Shown piece after piece: positions 20,901-28,886 of a DNA stretch of 64,000 nucleotides (positions are counted from its first letter, which is position 1; every line of letters starts with the position of its first letter). Under the pieces are notes generated by a model. That model was given only the letters and a program-made list of their open reading frames with translations. It was not told where the DNA came from and did not search any database. A program made the position numbers and the translations under genes. The stretch is taken from positions 24,808 to 88,807 of the IMG/VR virus record IMGVR_UViG_3300020442_002322; one strand, given 5' to 3'. The DNA comes from a virus.

Positions 20901-23749
20901 GCTGTAATTACAGCAAAACCATCACTATTAAAAGTATAATCTCTACCATAACATAATTGCACTCCATTCTGATAAATTAATACTGCTTTTTGACTTAACT
21001 TTGTAATATCAAAAACTTCTGAAAGACTGAAAAAATTATTTTCTATGTCATATACTATAAACTCTAATCTCTTGTTACCTTGATAAGGTACCATATCACT
21101 AAAATAAAACGGACTTGTACTAGGTTTATCTTTAAATATTTCTTGTAAAATTTTATCAACATGTGCTTTACTAGTTCCATCAAAACCAAGTGTTTCAGAC
21201 ACCCTAATAAACTCAGATTTAAAACTTCTGTATTCATTTTGTGCAAACTCTAGTGCTTTGACTATGTTTGCATCTCTATCCGCAATATGATAAAGTGGTA
21301 AACTTATAGGTCCTGCGTGTTGTACAAAGTTCTTGCCTTTTCCTGTAACATTTCCTAGATTATCTAAATTACTCGGCCCAGGAAATGTGCCATTAAATTC
21401 TTTTAAATCTTCTATCATACTAAACACATGATCTGTAATATTACCTAGTGTAAAAGAAGATAGATCTTCGTTGTTACTATTTCTTTCTAAGTTTATAGGA
21501 AAGTCATAAGCACCATTTGCATTTTTTTCTGTTGCACTTTTTGTTTTGATAGTAACGACATCACCACTGTCTAAATTAGAATCAAATTTAACATATGCAA
21601 TACCGTCTTGTCTTATTATACTGTAATCAAATCTATGGATGCTGTTTACAAATACTGCTTCATCTAAATCATTTAAATCTCCGCTTTTGTCATATACGTC
21701 AATAGCAAAAGTAGTAGCAGGTGTATCTACATCATATTGTCTCACAACCTTCTGCGTGGTTAGTGTGTCGGCTTTCTGCCAGCCGTTTTTATAATCAAAA
21801 TCAGTTCTTGTTTTATACTTTCTTAAAAATCCTGTTCTTGTTTCTACATTGTTTACTTCTGTAAGAACTTGGTACGTAAAAGTATCACTTGTAAGATTAA
21901 AATCAAATTCGATATCACCTACGTTTTCAATAGCACGATATGAAATAGGAAATCCTAATTCTACATCATTTGTTCCTGTGCCCTGTCTATAAGAAAATAG
22001 TTTTGTGCCTTTGAATGACGAAGCAGTGTACATACTTTCATCTGCAAACCAGTTTCCATCTCGGTCATACATATCAAACAATGGTTGTTGATTGGTCTGT
22101 GATTTAATTTGACCTAACTTCCATTTATTTTGTGTGTAATAATAATTTTTGCCAGCATTTTCTGTACCTCTTTTAATAAGAACTACATCATTTTCTTGCG
22201 GTTGTACTGTGTCCTCTACTAGAGCAATTTGCGGTACATCACTGTTGTGTTCTATAAACTTTACAGTATAAATTTTACCATTCGCTCTGATATCAGTATC
22301 ACCAGTAAACAATATTTTCATACCGTCTGTTATTGTTACTCCGTCAATTACATAACCATTAGCACCTTCTATGTCTGAAAAGATATCTGTTGTAAGTGTA
22401 TCAACAAGATCAATATCTGTTGTATTTGCAAAGGTACCAAAATTCCATAATTTTATTCCTGCATCAAACTCAATAATAGGACGCTTCGCACGTTGATCTT
22501 GATCAATATCTACAAAACGCTTGTTAATTTCTGCTGTCTTTTCGATTACGTTTTTGTGAAACCATTTATTATTTCTTGCCCAAGGATTTCTATCTGGTGA
22601 ACATCTGTTCATTACAATGTAATCTTTTACAGCAGGATAACTAGCGGCATTACCAAAAGGCAATGCGTCAAAACTATTGTTATCAAACTGAACAGGAACA
22701 TCATCAGAATATGCATTGTTTATAGTCAGATCGGAATATTTTACAAGTTCAATTTTATCCCCAACACCTTCTACATACCAATAGTCTTCAGCATATTTTG
22801 CAGGTGTAACTTCTCCAACAAATTGAAGTTTCATTCCATTCTGTAACTCGTATCCGCCAGCAGTAAGATATTTTTCTTTACCAATAATTTCTGCTTCAAC
22901 ATCTATTTCTGTTGCTTCATTGACATCACTTATTCTAATAATACCACCGTTTTCAACATTGTTGCTATCGACATAATATAATCTGTTTGGTGCATCTAAA
23001 GGAATTGTAAATGTAAATGTGCCTTCTTCATTAATTTCATTTGCACTTAAATTTTCATCTTCGTATAATGTGTCTGCATCAACTGATCTAGACGTTCTTA
23101 TGCTAAATTTTATATCCGGTGTGCTTACATTAAAAGTATATGTTTGACCTTTGAATAGTTCGATTGTCCTGTTTTTTTCTAAGTTGCCGTTAAAAACAAA
23201 TGCAGGGCTTTCGCCATCGGAAACACTTACAACATTCCATGTGCTTGTTATATTTCTACTGTTACCAAATACACTAATAGGTTCTGGTCCTGTTGGTAGC
23301 CAATAGTATTCTCTAAAGTTTACTAGTTTGTCCCAATCAATATTAGGGTTCCATGCATGGTATTCTGCACTATTTAATCTGTCATGGTTAGTAACATCTC
23401 CTCCAAAGTTCTTAATTTGATTAATATAATCATTATAGTCTTTAAAGAATGTTATGTTATCTAAAGTGTCTTTTGTTACTACAGATGGTTCAAATTGATA
23501 ATCTTGTCTTTCTTTTGATACAGCACCTATATAGTTGTCTGATGTTCTATAAGACTTTGTAAATTTACTACCATAATACCCATTAATCTTTTCAACAACT
23601 CCAGGTTGTAGTACTTGATCAAGTGTTGCATCTAAAAATTTTGTATTTTTAGGAGTTCTGAAATATTTAGGAAGCAAGTCTTTAGACTTGCGATTTCTCT
23701 TTCCGCCTGCAGGTAATGCACTTTCGTTTTGATCGTTATCGAATGCCAT
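8933..23749 (-). CDS. Giant (4938 aa) baseplate-associated virion protein (gp7-position) with FG-GAP-like propeller repeats
   Basis: Uninterrupted ORF coupled to the gp6-like gene; FGHSISV/FGESVAVSPDG/FGDSVSI/FGNAINF repeats; ITxxGxGY repeats; DGxTxxF modules near the C-terminus. Confidence 0.7.
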   Translation of the reverse strand: MAFDNDQNESALPAGGKRNRKSKDLLPKYFRTPKNTKFLDATLDQVLQPGVVEKINGYYGSKFTKSYRTSDNYIGAVSKERQDYQFEPSVVTKDTLDNITFFKDYNDYINQIKNFGGDVTNHDRLNSAEYHAWNPNIDWDKLVNFREYYWLPTGPEPISVFGNSRNITSTWNVVSVSDGESPAFVFNGNLEKNRTIELFKGQTYTFNVSTPDIKFSIRTSRSVDADTLYEDENLSANEINEEGTFTFTIPLDAPNRLYYVDSNNVENGGIIRISDVNEATEIDVEAEIIGKEKYLTAGGYELQNGMKLQFVGEVTPAKYAEDYWYVEGVGDKIELVKYSDLTINNAYSDDVPVQFDNNSFDALPFGNAASYPAVKDYIVMNRCSPDRNPWARNNKWFHKNVIEKTAEINKRFVDIDQDQRAKRPIIEFDAGIKLWNFGTFANTTDIDLVDTLTTDIFSDIEGANGYVIDGVTITDGMKILFTGDTDIRANGKIYTVKFIEHNSDVPQIALVEDTVQPQENDVVLIKRGTENAGKNYYYTQNKWKLGQIKSQTNQQPLFDMYDRDGNWFADESMYTASSFKGTKLFSYRQGTGTNDVELGFPISYRAIENVGDIEFDFNLTSDTFTYQVLTEVNNVETRTGFLRKYKTRTDFDYKNGWQKADTLTTQKVVRQYDVDTPATTFAIDVYDKSGDLNDLDEAVFVNSIHRFDYSIIRQDGIAYVKFDSNLDSGDVVTIKTKSATEKNANGAYDFPINLERNSNNEDLSSFTLGNITDHVFSMIEDLKEFNGTFPGPSNLDNLGNVTGKGKNFVQHAGPISLPLYHIADRDANIVKALEFAQNEYRSFKSEFIRVSETLGFDGTSKAHVDKILQEIFKDKPSTSPFYFSDMVPYQGNKRLEFIVYDIENNFFSLSEVFDITKLSQKAVLIYQNGVQLCYGRDYTFNSDGFAVITATKAEGDKIEIYEYESTDANYIPPTPTKLGLYPKYTPEKIVDNTYLVDTGVIIGHDGSKTVAYNDYRDDLILELEKRIYNNIKVSTHEELNVKDFIPSKYRNTKFTKKQIDNVLIRDFVRWSESLGTVDYTTNSNWNETNSFTFNYSRMSGPNGETLAGFWREVYQEAYDTDRPHTHPWEMLGFSVKPKWWDDVYGPAPYTNNNLILWEDLEQGKIAEPNKAIIYDKRFVRPGLTKHIPVDDEGNLISPLASNYASGHVLQFTKLGFVFGDSSPAEYAWRKSSDYPFSIIKAWLLNQPAKVFGIGWDLSRISKNLSGQIVYDKIKPISAKNLQFTNIIDDTTRIFTSGLVNYVVGYVLENGAKTVNDYRSNLQSIFIQLGLKLGAYTDNDKLRFILDSRTPLNKGNVFLPKENYQVFLNKSTATDIVTYSGVIVEKQSYGYVVRGYNLDNPIFKINEAVTRQSDPNVNIGGISEPFVEWEEGRRYTDDKFVRYGVKFYRVTEAHVSTQTFDATKFVELDALPVRGGVTAKFPKNFSTKITEVPYGTVYETVDEVVSFILGYNSYLESAGFTFDYYNNDTQKVEDWRASAKEFMFWTTQNWAAGTVIALSPNANRLKFRKDYHVVDDLLDPFYGYSIKDSSGNPLSYTFTRINRDGNEFTMDIAESANGVYMVDLPTVQNEHVVLFDNTSIFGDIIYEPVTGYKQNRIRALGYISDDWDGSLNIKGFIFDKGEVVDWEQYKDYDIGTIVKYKEFYYSANVKIIGQQSFNAVEWKKLDQRPQPKLKTNFDYRINQFTDFYDLESDNFDAGQQKLAQHLIGYQKRQYLDNIIQDDVSQYKFYQGFIQDKGTRNAIDKLFDSLASANKESVDFYEEWAIKNSQYGATDNFDEIEWQLDESQFKLEPQPVELVQTKPVDPTDLIYRIADHELFLAPDDYAKTRIPTKYTDEEFVKTVGYVTGDDVNRAVANKDGILEFDINEINESSYIWVATDKQSWDVLQHENTRLTIQGFEKRGDTVTLTMNKTITEFAKDDIFGINNMNTEKFKTLDGFYKATNVYLNAVEFTASTSDWNNYDETNPTGSISIFTSNRVADLKEANNNVTANIKDNEIIWVDNDDTGKWAVYKNNKIYNEHQVIRSTADLDSTYHGFGHSISVNQNNTVMAVGLPFKGNGEVHIYKRPSDSTNFVLDQEIVAETGFCDAYDGSSGSSQNFGESVAVSPDGKYIVVGSPQASNTVSFYKGKFNQGTPYSKADIVQYGPVLFRAVQNIDPSVNAVNFESFNSYLQIIKETDSSLLNLLQTADYKLNNRIVDHVLVRAPLAAYEGSTAGDDIVLKWNNHSYINIQGDTVDVQPFDGEFNGIDNNFITGTHNIENKVDNVLFVENFVNVPAVGETISSAVASGTIVYVSNNLNDLVVYVSDVNGTFQQSGSLFVGSLRIGDYTEDYQDATGTLGGYWMINSPSYQTSADSTNVFIDPGHSLVYQDLLTTSSGRTTPNFYHNIIDAKEAGRTLATQQSRVINKNDQAAFMETLTYEGDPLNVFALQSSDLWTVRGPASFTSTLSVGDTFRMIVDDFSGQTDFTDTTFSSALINKEHTVYDLWDGYIDFEFTEFETVTQLPFEPVVGDIIVDEVLGGTAEIVFYRRQFNDVRVYVKNVSGQWCLGDDFGDMNRIVRRRGTDRPMGEIKATSLPRYGNIGKIIVLQETSDFPTAPTTELTNFEYWFYNKTTLQGIAREPNIPASNNRDWEIVKNLPLTDSQAASRSGLTYEGLFSVYEKGTTGQFAFSNAYTVPDRADYAKLGDEIQFAKDGLKYTLSVGSKGDGSGALPGSIHFIRHGKEGANTYEWELDINPNYRGEFDTSTFYIKDEIVDYNGDLYQANRNIASGSAFVTTDWDTVDVGIAHTGKIPNLGVQQLNGENFFDPQFGIREFARSFDQTPDGSVMIVSTRIQGNDSTGERVVNIYRRLPQGQYILSQTLEAPYLDLSTGSYTGFGDSVSIAKDGEMIAIGEPYNDALKENQGRVYIYTLQSGQFVQSQILNSPSGEQNENFGNAINFDGNQLAVNSLQGDINIATTFDASSTVFDNEFTRFKTIQKDSGAVYMYERINDTLVYAQEFIYEDDDSMFFGKNLLVRENHVYTAMPRRTDGVTFIGQIVDFRKTVGAKAWKQHRTPIDQVDIDNIKNVFLYNTKTNVIVEDLDFIDPVQGKIAGTAEQELSFKTYYDPATYSIGDSNVVVDEENAWGDAYVGKLWWDVGSAKFYNYQMNDITYQTNYWGEVFPSTRVQVYEWVQSDLLPSEWNELADTNEGISRGISGVTRYDDSVYSQRLVWDPIAKTSKAKYFYWVANKKTVPAVDFRKISANEVTNLIQNPAGQGYKFVALMGKNRYTLFNCASVMDDRNIALNLRYYTLDNKTQNIHNEYSLLTQGLGSSKPTRDIERKWFDSLIGYDTKRRTVPDPALSAKAKYGIQNSPRQSMFINRTEALKQAIERVNTVVKDNIIVDEFDISKLSLNDPKPLITGREYDVNIDTYQDLQYVGTAKRETAELTPTIADGKIQSVAITKAGRGYEDPSYVVGTTTRNRLGPKVTVNGIGRDAIIETTIDEVGKITSVNIVDPGEGYDNNTTLTVRNFTVLIDSDSNVAGKWSTYNFNGTKFNRTISQRYNVSQYWKYIDWYATGYNQFTEIDNLIDFSYQLSGLENAIGSTVKINSVGTGGWLLLEKIDNQENEDYTVNYKVIGKQDATIQFLDTLYNTDLNKTGFDTNTFDTEFYDNQPVEETRIILEVIRDSLFVDDLETEYNELFLSSLRYAFSEQPNLDWAFKTSFINATHNVGELQQKITYKNDNIDSFQDYISEVKPFKTKIRQYVSAYEKTEATRSVVTDFDLPPRYNFNTKQIEPSKATIKNDTVISLRNSTSDYPDKWWRDNVGHEITSIEIGDKGEGYLLAPKITLEGGGGSGATAIAFLNGDKISYIEVTNPGKNYKTAPEVVINGSIKDGGKDAKATAVMGRGKARGVKVISKFDRVSGTPYILSVKKSETFVGTGAQQIFDLKWPLTINANKIQIIIDNVELLRSEYSYSNIVDTTKTYTREKGRILFTTPPKVGSAITVNYEISPALLNAQDRIESYYKPTDGMVGKDVTQLMDGIDFGGVEVKSFDFSATAGFEAKGYGIEPYDLYDNTYEDIVIYIDGSTTIMEWASEDALDSGVTYNIYKNNVRIDDPNFVDLSNPGANKNALMQSITGAGQTELDLDTLGISTVDGDTFIIRKTTSDGSFKPDTASYDTQLTGGQLNYSNAKGIDAAEIVVDGDNFITPVNTTGPEELVPGKIADTVDIKVYHRPDDGASNIQSNFYTTDGTTTTFNMGMKPMNNDGVFVKLGSNTVTNYTVDYRNESITFATAPASGQVLSIVVVGESATKILDINNFVADGSTNTFVTNVTWVDNATHFVNINGEPITSTLFKTDSTYGDDAGLIAIQFNHPPQNGELVDYGLFYSASQSYSATSTQTFTGDGSTTIFTLNSAITGGLPVQQNTIVTVDDVLQDTGYNIDFTMTSAREYAVDDWQFYAGEIQNAEVEVYLNNELIVKNVDYRWNGANGSVTLSPGVGNVGDNLEIFVINDGQYAFGYIGIADDSTRRFIQSRDKLYFDTAPALGATVKVTTLSNHDSQDISRTKYDMLTRKTLVPGTQSYADYYNLSNGILKLRNDAVDTEYVWVIINGDRLVPNVDYYLTEDKNYLRIVKPISANDKIEFIEFAGEKLTQKFGYRVFKDVLNRTHYKRIDDKSMYKLANDLNWYDTKIDLVSATGLAEPNKTSRIPGVVFINGERIEYLVKQGNSLRQLRRGTLGTGVNALLTAGTEVEDQSPQNTVPYKDEIYTTVYTPDGTTGVFELDFTPTSVNEFEVFMAGRRLRKNAISNYQVDKKDSAGTFVTRFIDQDSPEGDVTLDPEFTLSGSTLTLYRTPEEEEKIVVVRRLGQTWTTPGTSLADAKNDIADFLRENTTELPK

Positions 23750-26700
23750 TAGTAACCATATCCTCCGCCACTACTGCCGCTACTGCCGCTACTACTGCTA
23801 CTGCCGCTAGAACTACTGCTAGAGCTACTGCTAGAGCTACTGCTAAAACTATATCCGCCGCCTGATTGTGTTGAACTTGATAACGTAGTACTTTGTACGC
23901 CTGCATTTGCTGTAACACTTGCACTTACTACATTTCCTGATGCTTTTAGTTTACTTGCTGTTAATGAATCTATAATTTCTACATCAGCTACAGACGCTGA
24001 ACTAATAAAAATTTCATCTGATTCAGCTTTTATTTCAAACAAACTACCAAAAGTTTGGTTATCTGATTTAGGAACAATTACAACATTTACAATATCAGGA
24101 GTAAGTTCATTCATGATATATGTTGATAGTTCAGTAAAATAAAATGCTTCACCAAATTCCCAATTATCTAAAGTGAAAAATTGATTAATTGCATTTATAA
24201 CTCTTGTTTTAATATCGTTGTCATTGACAACCACATCTGGATTTTTAACTATTTTAAATGTTGCTTGCAATGCTTCGTCCGCTTTTGTTCCAAATAAAGG
24301 TTTGTATTTTACAGGATGATATATTACTTCATCACTTATACTTTTAATTTTTTGTAAGTCTGCACCGTAATTATAATAAAGTTGATCTGAGCTAGGTGGT
24401 AAAGGTTTTGCAACTATATCTCCCTGCAACCATCTTCTATAGTTTATGTCATAGTTTCTTGTTAATAGATACATATCCATTAAATTTGTGCTAGAAGGAT
24501 CAATTCTTGTATTGTAATCAGCATTATGCACATAATGGAATTTAATTCCTTGTCTGCCAACAAACCCTAAGTAGTCGTTTATAACTGCAATATTCTTTTT
24601 GTCATCACTAAGTTTATAAAACAAATTAGTGTCTTTGATGTAAAAAACTTGTCCTGCTGTGTATTGGCTGTATGCTCCTATACCGCCTAACAATTCAAAT
24701 ATTTTGATAGTTTCATCTGAATTGTCCATAAATTTATAATCTTCTACTCCATCACTGCTAGTAAATTTTTCTAAGAAAATAATTTTTTTCAAACTATCTG
24801 TATCTTCAGCAACAATGTCTAAGAAACTATCTGGATTATCAACTACTCCATCATCGTCTGCATCAAAAAATCCGACTTCAACTTTTTTACTATTGACATA
24901 ACCTTCTGCATCTCTGTATTCTTTAACAATTTCAAAGTTATATCCTAATGTAAAAGGATTTGTTACATCTGGTTTGTTATTAATATTCAAAACTTCAATT
25001 TTGTCTTTTACTACTGTACCAGATTTGTTATCATAAATTTTATCAGAGCTGTCATAGTAGAATTTGATTTCTTTATCGCTTTCAAAAACATATCTCAATG
25101 CTCTATAGGTTATAGTATATTTCTCGCCATCTGTTTTAAAATATAATAACCAACTAGCATCTAAGTTTTGATTACTTACATCTCCTGTTTTACCTTGACT
25201 AAATTTGCTTACTGTATCTAAATTTTGATTAGTAATTACACGCCATTCTCTTGTTGTTACGTCATAGCGTAAACCAAAAGTATTTGTTGCGAATGCTTGA
25301 TCTACAATTTGTGTTTTCACACTATCAGTGATAACATTTGCTAACTTAGGTTTTATTTCCTGTAGTATAGGTGCAGTGTCATATGCTTGTGCAGGATTAG
25401 CAGGATCAGGTATAATATCACTTAGTACTATAGGTCCAAGTCCACTGTCAGCAACTGTTGTTCCGTCTGTTACTACACTTATAACTTTTGTCCAAATATA
25501 TTCACTAGCAAAAGGATGATTTGCAGGGCCACTCATCAATTTGTTTTTATCATTAGTCATAAAATGATATCCAGTAGGTGCAACAAATTTTACTAAAGAA
25601 CCTGCTTCGATATATTTTAAATTATTTGCTGTAAATGCACCAACCTTAAACTTTTCTTCACTACTATTAATAAAGTATCCAGTGCTTCTATTAGTTTCTT
25701 TAGTGCTACTAATCCATTTAGCGCCTATATCACTACCAAATATTTTATTGAAGTTTGCAAGATAGTAATTTTTAATTTTTTGATCTCTTACAATAGGTTC
25801 TACAACATTAGTAATGGCACTTTCTATGTCAGTTTGTGTAGCAAAAGTAAAACTATCTTTCAAATCATATTGCTGTTTGTATATAACACCATCATTGCCA
25901 AAAAGATTTGTTTTACTATATTTTCCTGTGGCATCTATTAGATCAAAATATCTTGAAATACCACTTGCAACTCTGTTTACTGTTTTTGCTTTTACTATTT
26001 CTTGACTTATTCCTAAAGGTGCAACATTATAATCTTCAGCTGTAATCATTCTGTTTTGTGTATAGAATGATGAAGGTGCATTTCTTTTAATATTTTCATT
26101 TGTTTCAGAAGGTGCACCGTTACTAACAGTATATTTTAAACTACAAGTTAACTTTAGTGTTTCAGGAACACCTGTTTTGCTAAGATAAGGTATTTCAACA
26201 ATTATACCGTTCATGTCATTTGGCTTAATTGTTGATAATTGATTTGCACTACTTCTATATACTGCTTTAAATCTTCCTTGCGGCAGATTACCAAAAACGC
26301 CGTCACTAAAAACTAAACTTATTCTGTCAGAAACTCTTGTTTTTACTGCATATAAGTTTCTAATGTTTTTATTCAAACTATTGTAAATTACATTATTGCC
26401 TTCAACAGCATCTACTTTTGTCCAATATTCTACTTCTTGCCCTTGATTGTTTAATTTAAACAACCAAACATCTTTGTCGTTAATATTTGTTGCGTCAATA
26501 TCTATTGCTTGATTAGTGCTAGGATTAGTTACACTAAATTGTCCTGAATCTAATGATCCTTGTTTGAATTGAACAAAAAATCCTGTATTTGTACTTCCTG
26601 CACCTTGACCATCATTTCTATAAACAGTAGCAAAACTATTGCCAACAATAGGAATTTCTTCTATAATCTGTCCATCGTTCAAATCACTGCTTACTACTTC

Positions 26701-27336
26701 AAATGGTAAACTTGTACCTTGTACATTTTTTGTAAAACTGTAAATTGGAATATCTGTATTAATTGCATTGAAACGATATTGTTCATTTGGTATGCCATTT
26801 ACATTTTCTTTTTTAACTGGACTTCCAAATGTACCATTATTAGGTAATGCAGAATTCATTATCTTAATAAACTGCTCATACCAATACTGGTTGCTAGGAT
26901 CATTCCAAGATACTTTTTGTCTAGATAAGTTAAAATTGTTACTGTCATAGATATCTTCAGATGTTGATACAGCATCAATTTTTAATAAGCCTTGTGCGGC
27001 TTGATTACGTCTTGGATTGTAAGATAATAAACGTGCAAGGCGTAAAACACTTTCTCTACGCTCTGCTAGTTCTAAAAAATTTTCTCTAGCGTTCAAGTCA
27101 ATACGGAAAGATAAGTTTTGACCAAGGAATGCAATTAGGTCAATTAATGCAAGGTATTCACTTGATTCAATATAATCGTTAAAATCCTCAGGATAGTTTT
27201 CCCTGAGGTAATTAATCATTGTTCTACGCAAATTATCAAAGTCATAGCTTTGAAATTCTGCATTTCTGTAGCTCTGATAGATACGTTTCCAATCTTCTGC
27301 TACTAGTAGTCTATTTTGTCTATCTGTTGATGACAT
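23749..27336 (-). CDS. Baseplate wedge subunit (T4 gp6-like)
   Basis: DFDNLRRTMINYL...FLELAERRESVLRLARLLSYNP and GAPSETNENIKRNAP...QNRMITAEDY motifs; follows the gp25-like gene. Confidence 0.85.
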   Translation of the reverse strand: MSSTDRQNRLLVAEDWKRIYQSYRNAEFQSYDFDNLRRTMINYLRENYPEDFNDYIESSEYLALIDLIAFLGQNLSFRIDLNARENFLELAERRESVLRLARLLSYNPRRNQAAQGLLKIDAVSTSEDIYDSNNFNLSRQKVSWNDPSNQYWYEQFIKIMNSALPNNGTFGSPVKKENVNGIPNEQYRFNAINTDIPIYSFTKNVQGTSLPFEVVSSDLNDGQIIEEIPIVGNSFATVYRNDGQGAGSTNTGFFVQFKQGSLDSGQFSVTNPSTNQAIDIDATNINDKDVWLFKLNNQGQEVEYWTKVDAVEGNNVIYNSLNKNIRNLYAVKTRVSDRISLVFSDGVFGNLPQGRFKAVYRSSANQLSTIKPNDMNGIIVEIPYLSKTGVPETLKLTCSLKYTVSNGAPSETNENIKRNAPSSFYTQNRMITAEDYNVAPLGISQEIVKAKTVNRVASGISRYFDLIDATGKYSKTNLFGNDGVIYKQQYDLKDSFTFATQTDIESAITNVVEPIVRDQKIKNYYLANFNKIFGSDIGAKWISSTKETNRSTGYFINSSEEKFKVGAFTANNLKYIEAGSLVKFVAPTGYHFMTNDKNKLMSGPANHPFASEYIWTKVISVVTDGTTVADSGLGPIVLSDIIPDPANPAQAYDTAPILQEIKPKLANVITDSVKTQIVDQAFATNTFGLRYDVTTREWRVITNQNLDTVSKFSQGKTGDVSNQNLDASWLLYFKTDGEKYTITYRALRYVFESDKEIKFYYDSSDKIYDNKSGTVVKDKIEVLNINNKPDVTNPFTLGYNFEIVKEYRDAEGYVNSKKVEVGFFDADDDGVVDNPDSFLDIVAEDTDSLKKIIFLEKFTSSDGVEDYKFMDNSDETIKIFELLGGIGAYSQYTAGQVFYIKDTNLFYKLSDDKKNIAVINDYLGFVGRQGIKFHYVHNADYNTRIDPSSTNLMDMYLLTRNYDINYRRWLQGDIVAKPLPPSSDQLYYNYGADLQKIKSISDEVIYHPVKYKPLFGTKADEALQATFKIVKNPDVVVNDNDIKTRVINAINQFFTLDNWEFGEAFYFTELSTYIMNELTPDIVNVVIVPKSDNQTFGSLFEIKAESDEIFISSASVADVEIIDSLTASKLKASGNVVSASVTANAGVQSTTLSSSTQSGGGYSFSSSSSSSSSSSSSGSSSSSGSSGSSGGGYGY
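23762..23846 (-). repeat. Low-complexity Ser/Gly-coding repeat (GCTAGAGCTACT / CTACTGCCG units)
   Basis: Encodes SSSSSSSSSSSSSGSSSSSGSSGSSGGG, just before the terminal YGY of the gp6-like protein. Confidence 0.85.
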
Positions 27337-27359
27337 TGCACATTCCTTATCTTACACTG

Positions 27360-27367
27360 TATTTATT
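27360..27367 (-). promoter_or_regulatory. T4-like late promoter (AATAAATA)
   Basis: TAAATA core 24 nt upstream of the gp6-like start. Confidence 0.5.
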
Positions 27368-27393
27368 CTACTTGGAAAAGTGCGTACTTAAAT

Positions 27394-27840
27394 CTATGCA
27401 GTAAGGCCAGCGGATTGATCAAAATCTAGTTTCATCTTTTCTGAAATATTATATGGCAAATATGTAAGATCTAATTGTATTTGTATACCACTTTCATATG
27501 TGTCAACTGCAACACTGTTTACTTGGACTCTTGGGTCGTAGTTTACAATAGTTGTAACATTTTCTGCTATTGCACTTTTTAAGTCTTCTGTAAAAGGTTC
27601 GAACAAAGCGTCCCATATAATTGTGCCAAATTCAGGATTTTCTAGTTTTTCACCTTGGCGTATGTGGAAATGATTTAGTATATCCTGCTTTATTAATGCA
27701 AGATCGTACAGTGTACCTTGCCTGTTATCTGGATCGACCGTTGATAACCCTCTGTAGGCTTTACTTGCAACTACAGGAGCATCTTGTTGAGATGGTTTTA
27801 TTGCTATACGCTTATATAAATTCTTTTCCAATGTACTCAT
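27394..27840 (-). CDS. Baseplate wedge subunit (T4 gp25-like)
   Basis: LIKQDILNHFHIRQGEKLENPEFGTIIWDALFEP...YDPRV, a typical gp25/GPW pattern. Confidence 0.9.
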   Translation of the reverse strand: MSTLEKNLYKRIAIKPSQQDAPVVASKAYRGLSTVDPDNRQGTLYDLALIKQDILNHFHIRQGEKLENPEFGTIIWDALFEPFTEDLKSAIAENVTTIVNYDPRVQVNSVAVDTYESGIQIQLDLTYLPYNISEKMKLDFDQSAGLTA

Positions 27841-27848
27841 ATTAGTAT

Positions 27849-28121
27849 TTAACCTATTTTTACTGCTGTAGAACCTGCGGCTCTAGTATGACCGCATGAA
27901 TCATCATCGCCTTTTCTATTTACTGGCACGCCGCCTATTTTCACAACCGAACTGCCATTTGCAGTTTTTGGACTTGCATGTGGAGGTAAGCCATGTGCCT
28001 CAACTGGATCGCCGTCTGTTGCAACAGGTTCGCCACCTATTTTAACTGCTGTTTGTTTTGTACTAGTAATTTTAGCACCTGCATCGTTTTTATCATTTTT
28101 TCTGTGTACATCATTTGCCAT
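27849..28121 (-). CDS. PAAR-type spike tip protein (gp5.4-like)
   Basis: Start reassigned to 28121 (MANDVHRKND); VKIGGEPVATDGD..HG.PPH...GSSVVKIGGVPVNRKGDDDSCGH...GS..VKIG. Confidence 0.85.
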   Translation of the reverse strand: MANDVHRKNDKNDAGAKITSTKQTAVKIGGEPVATDGDPVEAHGLPPHASPKTANGSSVVKIGGVPVNRKGDDDSCGHTRAAGSTAVKIG

Positions 28122-28885
28122 TATACTGTTGTATCCGATCCTGCTACTGCGGCCGCTGTACCGTCTATAGGCACATCGTATGCAGATGGTACGCTCCAAT
28201 TTCTGCGTACACTTTTAACATACTGACTTTTACTGTTAAATTGGTAATTACTTACTTTTGCATTATTACCCTGATTACCACCTAAAACTTTAATGACTCC
28301 ATTTGTTGTAATTTCTTGTATAAATCCTATATGTCCGCCTGAACGTGTTTTAGATTTAAAAATTACCACGTCCCATTTGCGAATATTTTTTGTATCTCGC
28401 CAATCTACTTCGCCTCCCCAGCGTCCCCATCCTTGGCTTGACATTGTAGGTGTTCCTTGACCTAAAGGTATGCCTGCTGTGTATAATGCCCAGCTTACAA
28501 AAGCCGCACACCAAGCATATGCCATTGAACTGCTGTCTCTAGTATACGCATTACCACAAATTTTATAAGTTTCTAATATTCTAGGATTACCAGGATTTCC
28601 TCTTTCTCTCCAATCCTGTGTTAATACATTTGATAAAACTGCATCAAGTTTTTCCCAACCTGGATTTTCGGGTATATCTCCTGGAGTAATATTTGAATCT
28701 AGCGGAGGTAAATTTGAACTGTTAGAACCTGCATAAGATGTTGCACCTGGTCCTGTGCTAGGATAATCGCCTTCTAGGTCTAGATAATTAAATCTTCCAG
28801 CTTCTAATAAATCATTCCATTGTTCATTATCTTGAATAAGTGAAGGACTTACAACTGGACTAAATGGTATTACTATTTGACACAT
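28121..28885 (-). CDS. TIGR02594-like / CHAP-NlpC papain-fold peptidoglycan hydrolase
   Basis: NPRIL...AWCAAFVSWAL...GHIGF...LGGNQGN catalytic Cys/His pattern. Confidence 0.8.
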   Translation of the reverse strand: MCQIVIPFSPVVSPSLIQDNEQWNDLLEAGRFNYLDLEGDYPSTGPGATSYAGSNSSNLPPLDSNITPGDIPENPGWEKLDAVLSNVLTQDWRERGNPGNPRILETYKICGNAYTRDSSSMAYAWCAAFVSWALYTAGIPLGQGTPTMSSQGWGRWGGEVDWRDTKNIRKWDVVIFKSKTRSGGHIGFIQEITTNGVIKVLGGNQGNNAKVSNYQFNSKSQYVKSVRRNWSVPSAYDVPIDGTAAAVAGSDTTV

Positions 28886-28886
28886 A

